Origin: Podarcis liolepis | Taxonomy: Eukaryota | Reading direction: 5' to 3' (one strand) | Assembly (NCBI GenBank): GCA_965112155.1 | Contig: OZ218115.1 | DNA length: 64,000 bases | Shown here: one piece after another, positions 51,079 through 62,070 of the stretch | Layout: every line of letters begins with the position of its first letter | Position numbering within the stretch: position 1 is the stretch's first letter | Notes under the pieces: model-generated | The model's database searches: none | Seen by the model: only the letters and a program-made list of their open reading frames with translations | Told to the model about the DNA's origin: nothing | Translations under genes and position numbers: made by a program

Positions 51079-52697
51079 TTCTCTCGTCCAAGTTCCCAGA
51101 GGTCCTCCGGAAAGGCTTCTGGGAGTTGATCGGCCTCGGGTGCTAGGTCGCGAAAACGCTCCATCTGAAAGCGAGACAGGGCATCTGCAATGTCGTTATT
51201 GAGGCCGGGGATGAACCGCGCGGAAAAGGAGATGTTACCTTTCAGACATTCCAGCACGAAGAGGCGGAGCACGCGAATTACCCTGTTGGATTTTGCAGAT
51301 TGCTTCGCGATGATTCTTACCACCGCCTGGTTGTCCGACCAGAAGCACACCCTGGTGTCCTTGAGGAGGTGCCCCCAAACCCGGAGAGCCACTAGGATTG
51401 GGAAGAACTCAAGAAAAGTTAAATCGCGTGTAATGCCCTCCGCGTGCCAAGCTGTCGGCCACGGCTGCGCACACCAGTGACCCCTGAAGTAGACACCAAA
51501 GCCAAAGCGACCAGAGGCATCGGAGTGCACCTGTAGCTGTTCCTTAGGCAGCAGCCAATCTTGCCAAAAGGACACCCCATTGTAACTTTCCAGGAAGGTC
51601 AGCCATATTTTGAGGTCCTCCCTTATGGTGTGTGTGACCCTAATGTGGTGATGGGGGGCACCACCGCCAGCCGTGAGGCGGGCTAGGCGTGCGCAAAAGG
51701 CGCGACCGGGCGAGATAACCCTGCATGCAAAATTGAGGTGTCCTAGGAGTGTCTGGACCTGACGCAATGTGGTCTTCTTCTGGGCCATCATGGTAGTTAT
51801 CAATTCCCGCAGCGTGGCGAGTTTGGCCGGGGGCAGGCGAGAGGTTTGACTGACAGAATCCAGTTCAATACCCAGATATGAGATGACAGTGGTTGGACCT
51901 TCGGTCTTGTCTGCTGCCAGTGGAATGCCTAGTTCAGCCGCCAGCTGAATGAAGCATGCCAGCGCCCTAGCGCATGCGTCTGAGCCCGCTGGCTGCACGA
52001 AAAAGTAGTCATCCAGGTAATGGGAAATGCAGTGGGACCCCGACCTGCGTTTCATGGCCCATTCCACGAATGTGCTGAAGGTTTCAAATGCAGCGCATGC
52101 GATGGAACAGCCCATGGGCATAGCTTTGTCAAAGTACCATTGGTCCTGGAATTTGAAACCTAGCAACCAGAAGTCCCTGGGGTGGACTGGTAACAGACGG
52201 AAGGCTGATTCGATGTCACATTTTGCCATGAGTGCGCCCGGGCCACACTCCCTAACCAGCCTGATTGCCTGATCAAGAGATGCATATTTGACTGAGCATT
52301 GTTCTTCGGGAATGGCATCATTTACTGACCCACCCTTTGGGTAAGAAAGGTTATGTATTAATCGAAACTCGGCTGGTGCCTTCTTAGGGACAATACCCAG
52401 TGGGGACACTATGAGGTTAGGAAATGGAGGTTCTGTGAAGGGACCTGCCACTCGCCCCAGCAAGCATTCTTTGGTGATCTTCTTCTCGGCAATGTGTGGC
52501 ATATCTCGGACAGACTTTTGGTTGGGAGGATTGGTGCATGAGGGGGTGCCTACCACTGGGATGCGGAAACCTTCCTTAAAACCCTCCTCAATGTATTTTG
52601 CTGCCTCTTTATTGGGGTACTGGTGTAACAATGGCAGCATTGCTGATAGAGATATGGGTGAGGGGGCTAGGGAAAGGAGAGCACTATTTGCGGGCAT
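51075..52697 (-). CDS. Reverse transcriptase-RNase H of the Ngaro element
   Basis: SPLGIVPKK, KCDIESAFRLLP, MPMG, YLDD; RNase H motifs SDASG, FLEFFP, SDNQAVV, NDIADALSR; uninterrupted 540 aa. Confidence 0.96.
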   Translation of the reverse strand: MPANSALLSLAPSPISLSAMLPLLHQYPNKEAAKYIEEGFKEGFRIPVVGTPSCTNPPNQKSVRDMPHIAEKKITKECLLGRVAGPFTEPPFPNLIVSPLGIVPKKAPAEFRLIHNLSYPKGGSVNDAIPEEQCSVKYASLDQAIRLVRECGPGALMAKCDIESAFRLLPVHPRDFWLLGFKFQDQWYFDKAMPMGCSIACAAFETFSTFVEWAMKRRSGSHCISHYLDDYFFVQPAGSDACARALACFIQLAAELGIPLAADKTEGPTTVISYLGIELDSVSQTSRLPPAKLATLRELITTMMAQKKTTLRQVQTLLGHLNFACRVISPGRAFCARLARLTAGGGAPHHHIRVTHTIREDLKIWLTFLESYNGVSFWQDWLLPKEQLQVHSDASGRFGFGVYFRGHWCAQPWPTAWHAEGITRDLTFLEFFPILVALRVWGHLLKDTRVCFWSDNQAVVRIIAKQSAKSNRVIRVLRLFVLECLKGNISFSARFIPGLNNDIADALSRFQMERFRDLAPEADQLPEAFPEDLWELGREK

Positions 52698-53124
52698 TGT
52701 TCTTGCTTTGCTGAGCGCCAGAGGGGCCTGTAGAGGCTCCGGCCTCTCTTTTGTCTTGAGATGTGCCTGCGCCTGATCCGCGGGGGCCTCGAAAAAGCTT
52801 CTTCCCCCGAAAACATTTCATGGTGGGGTGAGATCCACCACAGCGCTCGCATTCATGAGCAAAGCGACATTTTTCTCTGAGGCAGGAGCCGTTGTTATAC
52901 TCCCAGCAAGATCTCTTGGGGGCCTTGGATTGATATTTGGACTGTTTCACATTGTCGGGCCCTTTCTTGAAGAACGGGGCAACCAACTCAGACCACACAT
53001 CATCATCTTTGATATCCCATCTAACTGTGTCGTCCTCTGCCGCCCGTTCCCTGAATGCCTGGTCATAGGCGAGTGCCGCCTCCCCCCCAGACATGGCTTC
53101 AGCCTTTAGGATGATGAGTAGGTA
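52684..53124 (-). CDS. gag-like ORF1, C-terminal part only (probably 5'-deleted)
   Basis: YDQAFRERAA...WDIKDDDVW motif and tandem zinc fingers CWEYNNGSCLREKCRFAH / CERCGGSHPTMKC. The in-frame upstream portion up to 53355 is just repeat A1. Confidence 0.8.
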   Translation of the reverse strand, partial: YLLIILKAEAMSGGEAALAYDQAFRERAAEDDTVRWDIKDDDVWSELVAPFFKKGPDNVKQSKYQSKAPKRSCWEYNNGSCLREKCRFAHECERCGGSHPTMKCFRGKKLFRGPRGSGAGTSQDKREAGASTGPSGAQQSKNNARK

Positions 53125-53390
53125 GAGAAGCTCTGGAGCCAAGTGAGGATTCCTAGGTAAGATCCTCCCTCTATTGTGTGGGCAGGTAATCCCTCCCCTA
53201 CCTGGCCTGGTCTCCTTGGCAACGCTTCCCCCAGGTGGGATTGGACAACTGACTGAGGTAGGCGGAGACCTCCAGGTATCCCACCTGAGGGAAGGCAAAG
53301 CCAAGCCTATGCTGTTGGGGCGCTCCAGATCTAGGGGCTGCACGCGCCCGCGCAAAGGGCGCCCCCCGTTTTAAGTGGGGAGCGGTCATT
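53125..53390 (-). repeat. Split direct repeat A1 (5' terminus of the element)
   Basis: Copy of 48844-49109. Confidence 0.95.
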
Positions 53391-53603
53391 TTCAGATCTC
53401 TGGGGGAAAGATCTGGCAAGTTACGATGACATCTCTTGGCAAGCACTGTCTTCGGAAGCGTGTACCTGTCAAAATATGTGATGAATTCAAATGGCCTCAA
53501 TGGAAGGAAATGTCATTCGATTGTCATCATGACAAATTATATCTCTGCATGTAATGGATAAAACTTTATCCCAAGAATCAAGAAACTTTATATATGTGTG
53601 TGT

Positions 53604-53648
<45 letters not shown>

Positions 53649-53776
53649 TTATCCCCCCAGGGGTTGGCATTTGCAGGGCTGGGGCGGGGGTACTGTCTTT
53701 GAAATTACTCTCCATTCCTCTGACATGGCCAGACTTCTTTCTCTGCTGCTGCTTCTCAGCTGATTTCTGTATCCTG

Positions 53777-53889
53777 TAACAGTGTTCGGTTCTCTATTTA
53801 TTTATTTACTTGTTTGTTTGTTATTATATATAATATAATAACAAACAAACAAATTCACAAGTAAATAAATAGAGAACCAAACACTGTTA
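53777..53889. repeat. AT-rich fold-back inverted repeat (~55-bp arms, ~3-nt loop)
   Basis: TAACAGTGTTCGGTTCTCTATTTATTTA...TTGTTTGTTATTATAT pairs with ATATAATAACAAACAA...TAAATAAATAGAGAACCAAACACTGTTA. Confidence 0.85.
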
Positions 53890-54093
53890 TTACAGAACCC
53901 TATTTTTTGTAAAGTTAATTATTATTTCCATTTTATAATGTACATAAAGCAGAGAGAACGATTCTAACAATGGACAAAAATTGAAATATGAAACACAAAA
54001 CTATAAAATAGGCATTTAGAATGAGTAGTTGCACATGAGTTAAAATAATAGAGTTCAAGTCATGAAGTTATCAGGTCATCAAATATAGTTCCA

Positions 54094-54870
54094 GAAGTAC
54101 TGTTTCGGGGCGGGAAGGTGGGGGGGACTCCCCGAATGGAGTAATTGTGCCCCTAAAGGACCAGGTGTGCAGCTTGGGAGTCATTTTGGACTCACAGATG
54201 TCCATGGTGGCACAGGTCAGTTTTGTGTCTGGGACAGCTGTCTACCAGCTCCATCTGGTATGCTGGCTGAGACTCTACCTGCCTGCGCATTGTCTCACCA
54301 GAGTGGTGCATGCTCTGGTTATCTCCTGCTGGGACTGCTGCAATGCGCTCTGTGTGAAGGTGACCCAGAAACTACAACTAATCCAGAATGCAGCAGGTAG
54401 ACTGGTGACTGGGAGTGGCCACCAAGGCCACATAACACCGGTCTTGAAAGACCTACATTGGCTCCAAGTACGTTTCCGAGCACAATTCAAAGTGTTGATG
54501 CTGACCTTTAAAGCCCTAAACTGCCTTGGCCCAGTATACCTGAAGGAGCATCTCCACCCCCATTGTTCAACCTGGGCACTGAGGTCCAGCTCTGATGGCC
54601 TTCAGGTGGTTCCCTTACTTTGAGAAGTGAAGTTACAGGGAAGCAGGCAGAGGACCTTCTTGGTAGTGGCTCCTGCCCTGTGGAAAGCCCTCCCATCAGA
54701 TGTCAAGGAAATAAACAACTATACAACTTTTAGAAGACATCTGAAGGCAGCCCTGTTCAGGGAAGTTTTTAGTGTGTGCTGTTGCATTGTGCTTTTATAT
54801 TAATTATGCTGGGACCTGCCCTGGTTGCCTGCAGTAACCCAGTCAGCAGCATATAAAATTATTATTATTA
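54094..54870 (+). mobile_element. L2-clade LINE 3' fragment
   Basis: ORF 54147-54623: SLGVILDSQMSM...LQLIQNAAGRLVTG...HITPVLKDLHWL. Confidence 0.88.
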
Positions 54871-54871
54871 G

Positions 54872-55044
54872 GATGACATCAGCGAGGCCAAGAGAGCGGT
54901 CATGTTGCCTGGGCAGCCCAGGGCCTCCATGCACACTGACTAGGCTTGCACTTGGGGAGTTCACTTCAGTGCCAATAACACAGCAGTTTGACTTTCTCCC
55001 CAGAGGCACTCTTTGTTTTCTCTCGAGACAGATGGATGCCAACC
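54872..55044 (+). mobile_element. SINE-like or non-autonomous element with an RTE-type 3' end
   Basis: 3' end CAGTTTGACTT...GAGACAGATGGATGCCAACC shared with 61159-61306, while the upstream sequence differs. Confidence 0.5.
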
Positions 55045-55368
55045 ACAGATATCTTTTCAAGTGGTTTCATAGAATCATAAATTAAATTAAGCAATAAAGA
55101 GTACAATTTAGAAACTAATCTCCCCCCTACCTATTAGGCTTAATAAATTTCCAAATTGTGTTAAAATGGAACCCTATTATAATATTATAATAACATAATA
55201 ATAAACAAGGATATAAGAAAACAAAAGAGATCAGCAGTAACATCAAGCAATAAAGCATCATAATACCAATGTATTAAAGTCCCATCAAAAACATCATGAA
55301 ACAGCAGGTTACTGACTAAATGCTAGCCTAAATATTTATTTATTTGAAATCTTTATATACTGTCCTTC

Positions 55369-55411
<43 letters not shown>

Positions 55412-56250
55412 CTCCCCCAGGGTGATATACACAAAGAATGAAAACAACAATATTTTACTATGTAGCAAATTATCCACATTAGAAACCCATCAGTATTTTC
55501 TTCAAAATATATATAAAAAATAGCATATTATCGGATATCAGAATTGAAAGCCAGCAAATAACTGGGTGAGCAAATGGGGTTTTAAAAAGCTAGATGTATG
55601 TGTATATGTATGAATGGTTGTGAACATTTGCGGGGGGGGGGGGTTGAATATATAGAGAGGTAAAACTTCACAAACAGAAAACTTTCCTGTGACTTTCCTA
55701 CATATTATTAACAAATTATGGATGTGTGTTGTTAGTTTCGTAGCCGAAGTTCTTGCCAGAAGCTAGGAAGACAGGGACTCTTATCTCTTTGTTGAACTAA
55801 ATATAGTTACAGATTATCAAGATGGTTTTTCTTTCTTATTAAAACACTTTAAATAGGAAACTCATATGCATAGATTTACATTTGTTATTTTGTAACATGC
55901 CTTTCATCATCCAACTTCAGAGCATGCTACGAAGCATAAAATCAGCATAATTAAAATGGATATTCATCAGCCTCTAACCAATTATAATAAGTATGCTTCA
56001 TACCTGTTTTAAGGATTCACTGCTATCCACACTGATCCATTGAGTAGTTGGGACATATTGCTGGGTGAACCTTTATGGAACAATAAACTAATTCTTCCCC
56101 ATCTAGAAGGGGAACGATTCTGGGAATCTTTTTATTCCTTCAGGTACTCCTGATCCAAACTGCATAGGCCTATCAACATAACCACCAGCACTTAGAACTG
56201 TCATCAGAAATGTACTGGTGATGTACAGGGAAGATGTTTAAGAACTGGCA

Positions 56251-56628
56251 AGGTAAAAGGCAAAGGTAAAGGATCCCTGGGTGGTTTAAGTCCAGTCAAA
56301 GGTGACTATGGGGTTGCAGCACTCATCTTGCTTTCAGGTTGAGGGAGCTGGCGCTTGTCCACAGACAGCTTTCTGGGTCATGCAGCCAGCATGACTAAAC
56401 CGCTTCTGGCGCAACGGAACACCGTGATGGAAACCACATGGAAACGCCATTTACCTTCCCACCACAGCAGTACCTATTTAGCTACTGGCACTGGTGTGTT
56501 TTTGAACTGCTAGGTAGGCAGGAGCTGGGACAGAACAACGGGAGCTCACCCGGTCGTGTGGATTCGAACTGCCAACCTTCTGATCGGAAAGCCCAAGAGT
56601 CTAAGTGGTTTAGACCACAGCGCCACCC
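56251..56628 (-). mobile_element. Sauria SINE
   Basis: (AAAGGT)n tail, family body; TSD-like AGAAC(T/A)GGCAAGGTA at 56241 and 56630. Confidence 0.88.
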
Positions 56629-58130
56629 TAGAACAGGCAAGGTATGACTCCACTGACTACTCCCCATCAAAAACTTGCAACTATGTTCTGAACTAGCTGA
56701 CAGCCTTCAAAAGCAACCTCACATTCATTGCATGAGTCTAATCTGGCAAAATTCTTCAAACGTGAGATGAACAGCTTCGGCTTGGTATTCTAAATTCTTT
56801 TCATTCAAATGAAAAACTTAGCCCGGGTTAATTTTGTTTATTTTTAACGTGGTAAATTAATTTTTCTCCATGAGAGCTTAGTGAAAAATGAACAAAGAAA
56901 GACAGGCTAGGCATTGTGTTGCCTGTGGCTGCTATCCTAGATGTCACGAAGAAAGTGAAGACCGTTTCCCAGGTGGAAGACTCCATTGTGTTGTGTTTTA
57001 TTGTTGATGATAAACAGAAAGTGGTGTGTGTCACTGAGCACTGCCTGTCACACCGCTGGCATTCTGCAGGTGGGAATTTAATTGACAATACTCAATTTCT
57101 GATTTCAAGGGGAGTGATTTCCTTGGCTGGAGACATACTCCTGTGCCTCTGCTGACATTGTTTTTTAAAATGTGTGTTGGAAGCCGAATTAACAAGATCA
57201 CCTCTTATGATATAGAAAAAGAAGAAGCAACTTGGGGGGGGGGAGGATAAAATGATACCTAATAGCACATAACAATGCAAGTATTTGGTTAGGTGAAGTT
57301 TGGGGATTTTTTTCGTGTATCTGCTTGACTCCACTAATTGCAATTCTCTAAAAGCAAAGGCCAAAATTAGTGTCCTAGCTGGACCTGCAACAAAATTAGC
57401 CAGACAGCCAACCCTGCCTTATTTTAGTGTATTCTATTTCACTCAATCCCAATTATACTTTACTTTTCTTTTTTTACCCTTCCTGACACTTGACATTCTG
57501 TGGCCACTGATCAGTTTTCATCGTGCTGTTTTCGAGTTTGAAAGTTTGTTTTCGTTGGGTTGTTTTCCTAAATATTTTTTTCTACTTCTTCAAAACTTGA
57601 GGTTTCCCCAAGCATATCGATATCTCTCTTTTGTGTTCCTCGTAGCTTTCATAACACATCACTTGAGTTCACTATCACTATATATAAAACTGGGATTTGT
57701 AACAGACCATTGCAGTATGGAATGCTGCTCTTCAGACAATGCATTCCATCCCTCTCCGAACCCTCCCCAGTTTAACATCACCACCAGCAACAATTAATCA
57801 ATTTTTTATGGCCACTGAGTATGAACGGTCCTCACTTGGCAGTTTGGGTATCCCTTTTTTATATTACATTTTTAAAGATTTATTTTGTACTTCTGCAAAT
57901 GCTGGAATTCACCCAAGACTGTTGATGCCTCCCTGTTGTATGTGTCGTGGTGCTGTTTTGCTTATAGAAGCGATGGCGTTCACAGCCTGAACACCAAAAA
58001 CAAAGGGAATTATGATTCAGTGTGGCTCCATTGCAGAAGATATTAGAGGAATACCCATATCTAAGCCATTTTTTTTCCAGCTGGCGGATCTATGCCGGAC
58101 TGAGGCCACAAAATCTGATACTCGAGAACT

Positions 58131-58481
58131 AGGTAAAGGTAAAGGGACCCCTGACCATTAGGTCCAGTCGTGACCGACTCTGGGGTTGCGGCGCTCATCT
58201 TGCTTTATTGGCCGAGAGAACTGGCATACAGCTTCCGGGTCATGTGGCCAGCATGACTAAGCCACTTCTGGCGAACCAGAGCAGTGCACGGAAATGCCAT
58301 TAAATGCCAGAGCAGTATCTATTTATCTACTTGCACTTTGATGTGCTTTCGAACTGCTAGGTTGGCACGAGCAGGGACCAAGCTATAGGAGCTCACCCCG
58401 TCGCAGGGATTCGAACTGCCGACCTTCTGATCAGCAAAGTCCTAGGCTTTGTGGTTTAACCCACAGCGCCACCCGCCTCCC
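58131..58481 (-). mobile_element. Sauria SINE
   Basis: AGGTAAAGGTAAAGGGACCCC tail through CACAGCGCCACCCGCCTCCC head. Confidence 0.9.
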
Positions 58482-59130
58482 ACAGAGCCACCCGTTTTTG
58501 GTACCTGCTAAAAACATTTTTGTTTAGTCAAGCCTACCCAGATGCTTAGGAAAGCTGGTGTGAATTTTAGTCTGTTTTAGTATTTTAACCTATCGTATGT
58601 TTTAATATATTTAATGTTTATTTTAATGTTTATTTTTCCTGATTTAATGGCTTTATCTTTTTGTAAACTGCTTTGAGGTTTTTTTACCGTCTAGTGGTGC
58701 ATAAATTTTATGGGGGGGGGGGAATTGGCCTTAAGACGGTGGAAGTGTCACGTTATGTTATATGACATCAAATCTATATCATATAGATTTGTTATTATTT
58801 TTGAATTCTGTAACATCTGTAAAGCATTTATAACTGCTTACAAATCAATTAAAATATTCTGCCGTAAAATTTTAATTAAAAAGGTCCCCTGTATCTAAGG
58901 GTGTGAGTTGTGCCCCATGAATTTTCTGGAGTTTTTAAAGCAAGCAGCTATCATTCATATTTCGTCCCTGACCATCTATAACAGAATAATGATTATGTAT
59001 TTTAATGAAGCACTGCAAGATTACTGAGTGGCACTTTGAACAATCAAAAAGTGCTGCGCAGAAGCTAAGTATTATGCTCAAGCAAAGATTGCTTTAAATA
59101 TGTCAATTAGTATTAAAATAGTGGGCACTT

Positions 59131-59459
59131 ACGGGGTGGCGCTGTGGGTTAAACCACAGAGCCTAGGGCTTGCTGATCAGAAGGTCAGCGGTTCGAATCC
59201 CCGCGACCAGGCGAGCTCCCATTGCTCAGTCCCTGCTCCTGCCAACCTAGCAGTTCGAAAGCACGTCAAAGTGCAAGTAGATAAATAGGTACCACTCTGG
59301 CGGGAAGGTAAATGGCATTTCTGTGTGCTGCTCTGGTTTTGTCAGAAGCGGCTTAGTCATGCTGGCCACATGACCCGGAAGCTGTACGCCAGCTCCCTCG
59401 GCCAATAAAGCGAGATGAGCGCCACAACCCCAGAGTCGTCCTCGACTGGACCTTTACCT
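59131..59459 (+). mobile_element. Sauria SINE
   Basis: GGGTGGCGCTGTGG head, GGTTCGAATCC B-box, ACCTTTACCT tail. Confidence 0.9.
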
Positions 59460-60708
59460 AAAAAGAATACAGTGAAGGCGCCTGCTTGATATCAATGGGC
59501 AGGGAGTTCCAAAGGGTAGGTGCTGCAGCACTAAACTATTGAGCTCTTACAAATATGGAATAAGTATTATGTAGCACCTGTAGTAGCACCAATTCTACTG
59601 ATCCAAGTGGGCACATATGGGGGAAGGTGATTTCACAGGTACACTCATCCCAAGTTGTTAAGTGCTTGGCCCAGTAGCAAACTGGCAAATAGTGCATATC
59701 AGTGCACAGGTTTTATATGCTGACAAGGCCCCGCTGCTGTCAGCACGCACGTTGCAGCATTCTGCATTAAATGCAGCTTCCGGATCAAGCGCAAACGAAG
59801 CCCCACATAGAGTACATTGTGGTTATCCTACAGAATACTGCACTTAGGGGGTTGGCTTCAGTGTAAGTCCTACTCAAAGTCAACCCATTTAAATTAATAG
59901 GCATGGCTAACTTAGGGCCACAAGTTTCAGTGGGTTTGCAACTTAGTTAAATACAACCCAGAGATACTTTTTTTTTTTACTTTTTCCTCTCCTCAATTGC
60001 ATGGAGTCCAATGACAGTGAAGTCCAAAAGAATGGCAACAAAGCAAACAGGCTTGTCAACTCCCTGACACAGAAATGCTTTGAAATGTTAATCATTTATG
60101 CTTTTGCAAAGTATATAGTGAGTGCTGCCTAGAGGTGTGATGTCAGCACAATGTGTTGTCATTAGCTATGGCACAATAAACACTGTAATATTACTTGTCA
60201 ATATTATCTTAAATGTCAAGGTATAATAGCTACCGTAAGTTTACAACAATGTCTGCTTGTTTGTTCGCCTCCCCAGCCACGCATCATGCACCTTCCCTTG
60301 TTAAATATTTCTTCTGCACATCACTTTTCTGACAGCTAAGCAATAAAGTTGTAATAAACTCAAATTATGTACCTAAGTAATGGGTCTTCTTCACAGACTC
60401 ACTATGGTAGGTGTCAAGTGCTGCGGTCGTTTTGATTTAGCAGGCTATTAATGGCTGCATGTGGCATGACATAATCAAAGCATTAAAGCAGAATTGGATT
60501 CCCAGAGGATTCATTTACAGATTTTTATTTTTTATTTTTTTGGAGGGGGGTTGTTTGCTGAGAAAGTTAATGGAACAGAATTTAGATGACTGAGACTCAG
60601 TGTAGCAGCTCATCACTTCTTTTGCAAAATATATCTGCACCAAACTACCCCATTATTTCCTTCTGCATATAAAACATTTGCTTTGAGGGAGCTTATATGG
60701 AAAATATG

Positions 60709-60826
60709 CTTTTTTCGGCTGGAACTCACTGGAACTCAGTTCCAGCACCTTTCAGGTGGGCACCATTGCCATTATAAGGTGTTCATGGTGAGTTCTGGCA
60801 CCTCTTTTTCTAGAAAAATAGCACTG
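60709..60826. mobile_element. Small hAT MITE with a damaged left TIR
   Basis: 8-bp direct repeat AAAATATG at 60701-60708 and 60827-60834; right end AAAAATAGCACTG resembles the 2822-3429 element. Confidence 0.6.
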
Positions 60827-61158
60827 AAAATATGTGGTTGAGAGCCAGTCTTGCCACAGTTGTTGTAGAGGAAGTTTAACTATTTAGAAAATCGTATTAT
60901 CTAAGAAAAAGTTTGGGAGGAGTGCGATGATTAATGAAGCTAAAACAATTATCAGAAATAGGTAATCAGAATTTTGGGCATTTGGATGTATGCAATAACA
61001 GAGTTGGGGAAACTTTTTCAGTTTGAATCAAGTAGAGCTGGGCTGAACATTCTCCAGTTTTGATTTTCAAGTAGAAACTAGCAACATATGTCTGGCAAGT
61101 TTTCATATTGGCACAGTCTGAATGGTGAAAACAGAAAGGTCATAGGGGGCATTGTTAC

Positions 61159-61306
61159 AGCTTCATCTGCCCCAGCTGCAACAAAACATGTCTCTCCTGT
61201 ATCAGTATGTACAGCCACAGCCGTGCTGCAACCTGCCAACAGTTTGACTTCACCCCAAAGGCTCTCTCCTCCATTGTCTCCCAAGACAGATGGATGCCAA
61301 CCAACC
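61159..61306 (+). mobile_element. RTE-clade (non-BovB) LINE extreme 3' end
   Basis: Encodes FICPSCNKTCLSCISMYSHSR, like the C-terminal zinc-finger motif of RTE-type ORF2 (C..C...C.SRIGL.SH.R); CCAA-repeat tail. Confidence 0.65.
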
Positions 61307-61532
61307 AAGCCAATCAGACATTTGCAAGAGAACAGATAGTGAATACAGACAGTAGGAGTAATTTAAAACAGGACTCTTAGTGGTGTGGTAATGCCTCCAT
61401 AATTTTCAAGGATCAGCTCCAGACTTACAAAATCCAGAAGATTTTATGTTGAGGGCAAATATAACCTGAGAGAACTGAAGTACTGTAGCTAAACATTCAC
61501 TTTACTCAGTCTTGGCCATAGAACTATCTCAT

Positions 61533-62070
61533 GTTGTTGTTGTTGTTGTTGTTTAGTCGTTTAGTCGTGTCTGACTCTTTGTGACCCCATGGACCAGAGC
61601 ACGCCAGGCACTCCTGTCTTCCACTGCCTCCCGCAGTTTGGTCAAACTCATGCTGGTAGCTTCGAGAACACTATCCAACCATCTTGTCCTCTGTCGTCCG
61701 CGTCTCCTTGTGCCCTCCATCTTTCCCAACATCAGGGTCTTTTCCAGGGAGTCTTCTCTTCTCATGAGGTGGCCAAAGTATTGGAGCCTCAGCTTCACGA
61801 TCTGTCCTTCCAGTGCACACTCAGGGCTGATTTCCTTAAGAATGGATAGGTTTGATCTTCTTGCAGTCCATGGGACTCTCAAGAGTCTCCTCCAGCACCA
61901 TAATTCAAAAGCATCAATTCTTCGGCGATCAGCCTTCTTTATGGTCCAGCTCTCACTTCCATATGTCACTACTGGAAAAACTATAGTTTTAACTATACGG
62001 ACCTTTGTTGGCAAGGTGATGTCTCTGCTTTTTAGGATGCTGTCTAGGTTTGTCATTGCTTTCCTCTCAT
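61533..62070 (-). mobile_element. 5'-truncated BovB LINE
   Basis: ORF 61553-62056: MTNLDSILKSRDITLPTKVRIVK...DAFELWCWRRLLRVPWTARRSN; (CAA)n tail; 10-bp TSD ACTATCTCAT at 61523-61532 and 62071-62080. Confidence 0.94.

Larger units (their letters stand above)
48247..53390 (-). mobile_element. Ngaro-type (DIRS order) tyrosine-recombinase retrotransposon
   Basis: Split direct repeats A1 (53125-53390), B1 (49107-49519), A2 (48844-49109), B2 (48247-48659); gag-like, RT/RNase H, YR and SGNH hydrolase ORFs; ATT at both ends and at the B1/A2 junction; no integrase-type TSD. Confidence 0.95.

Noticed and set aside
57300-57797. 165-aa hydrophobic ORF as a membrane protein
   Set aside because: T-rich sequence yields F/L-rich translations; TTG start, no motif and no convincing exon boundaries.
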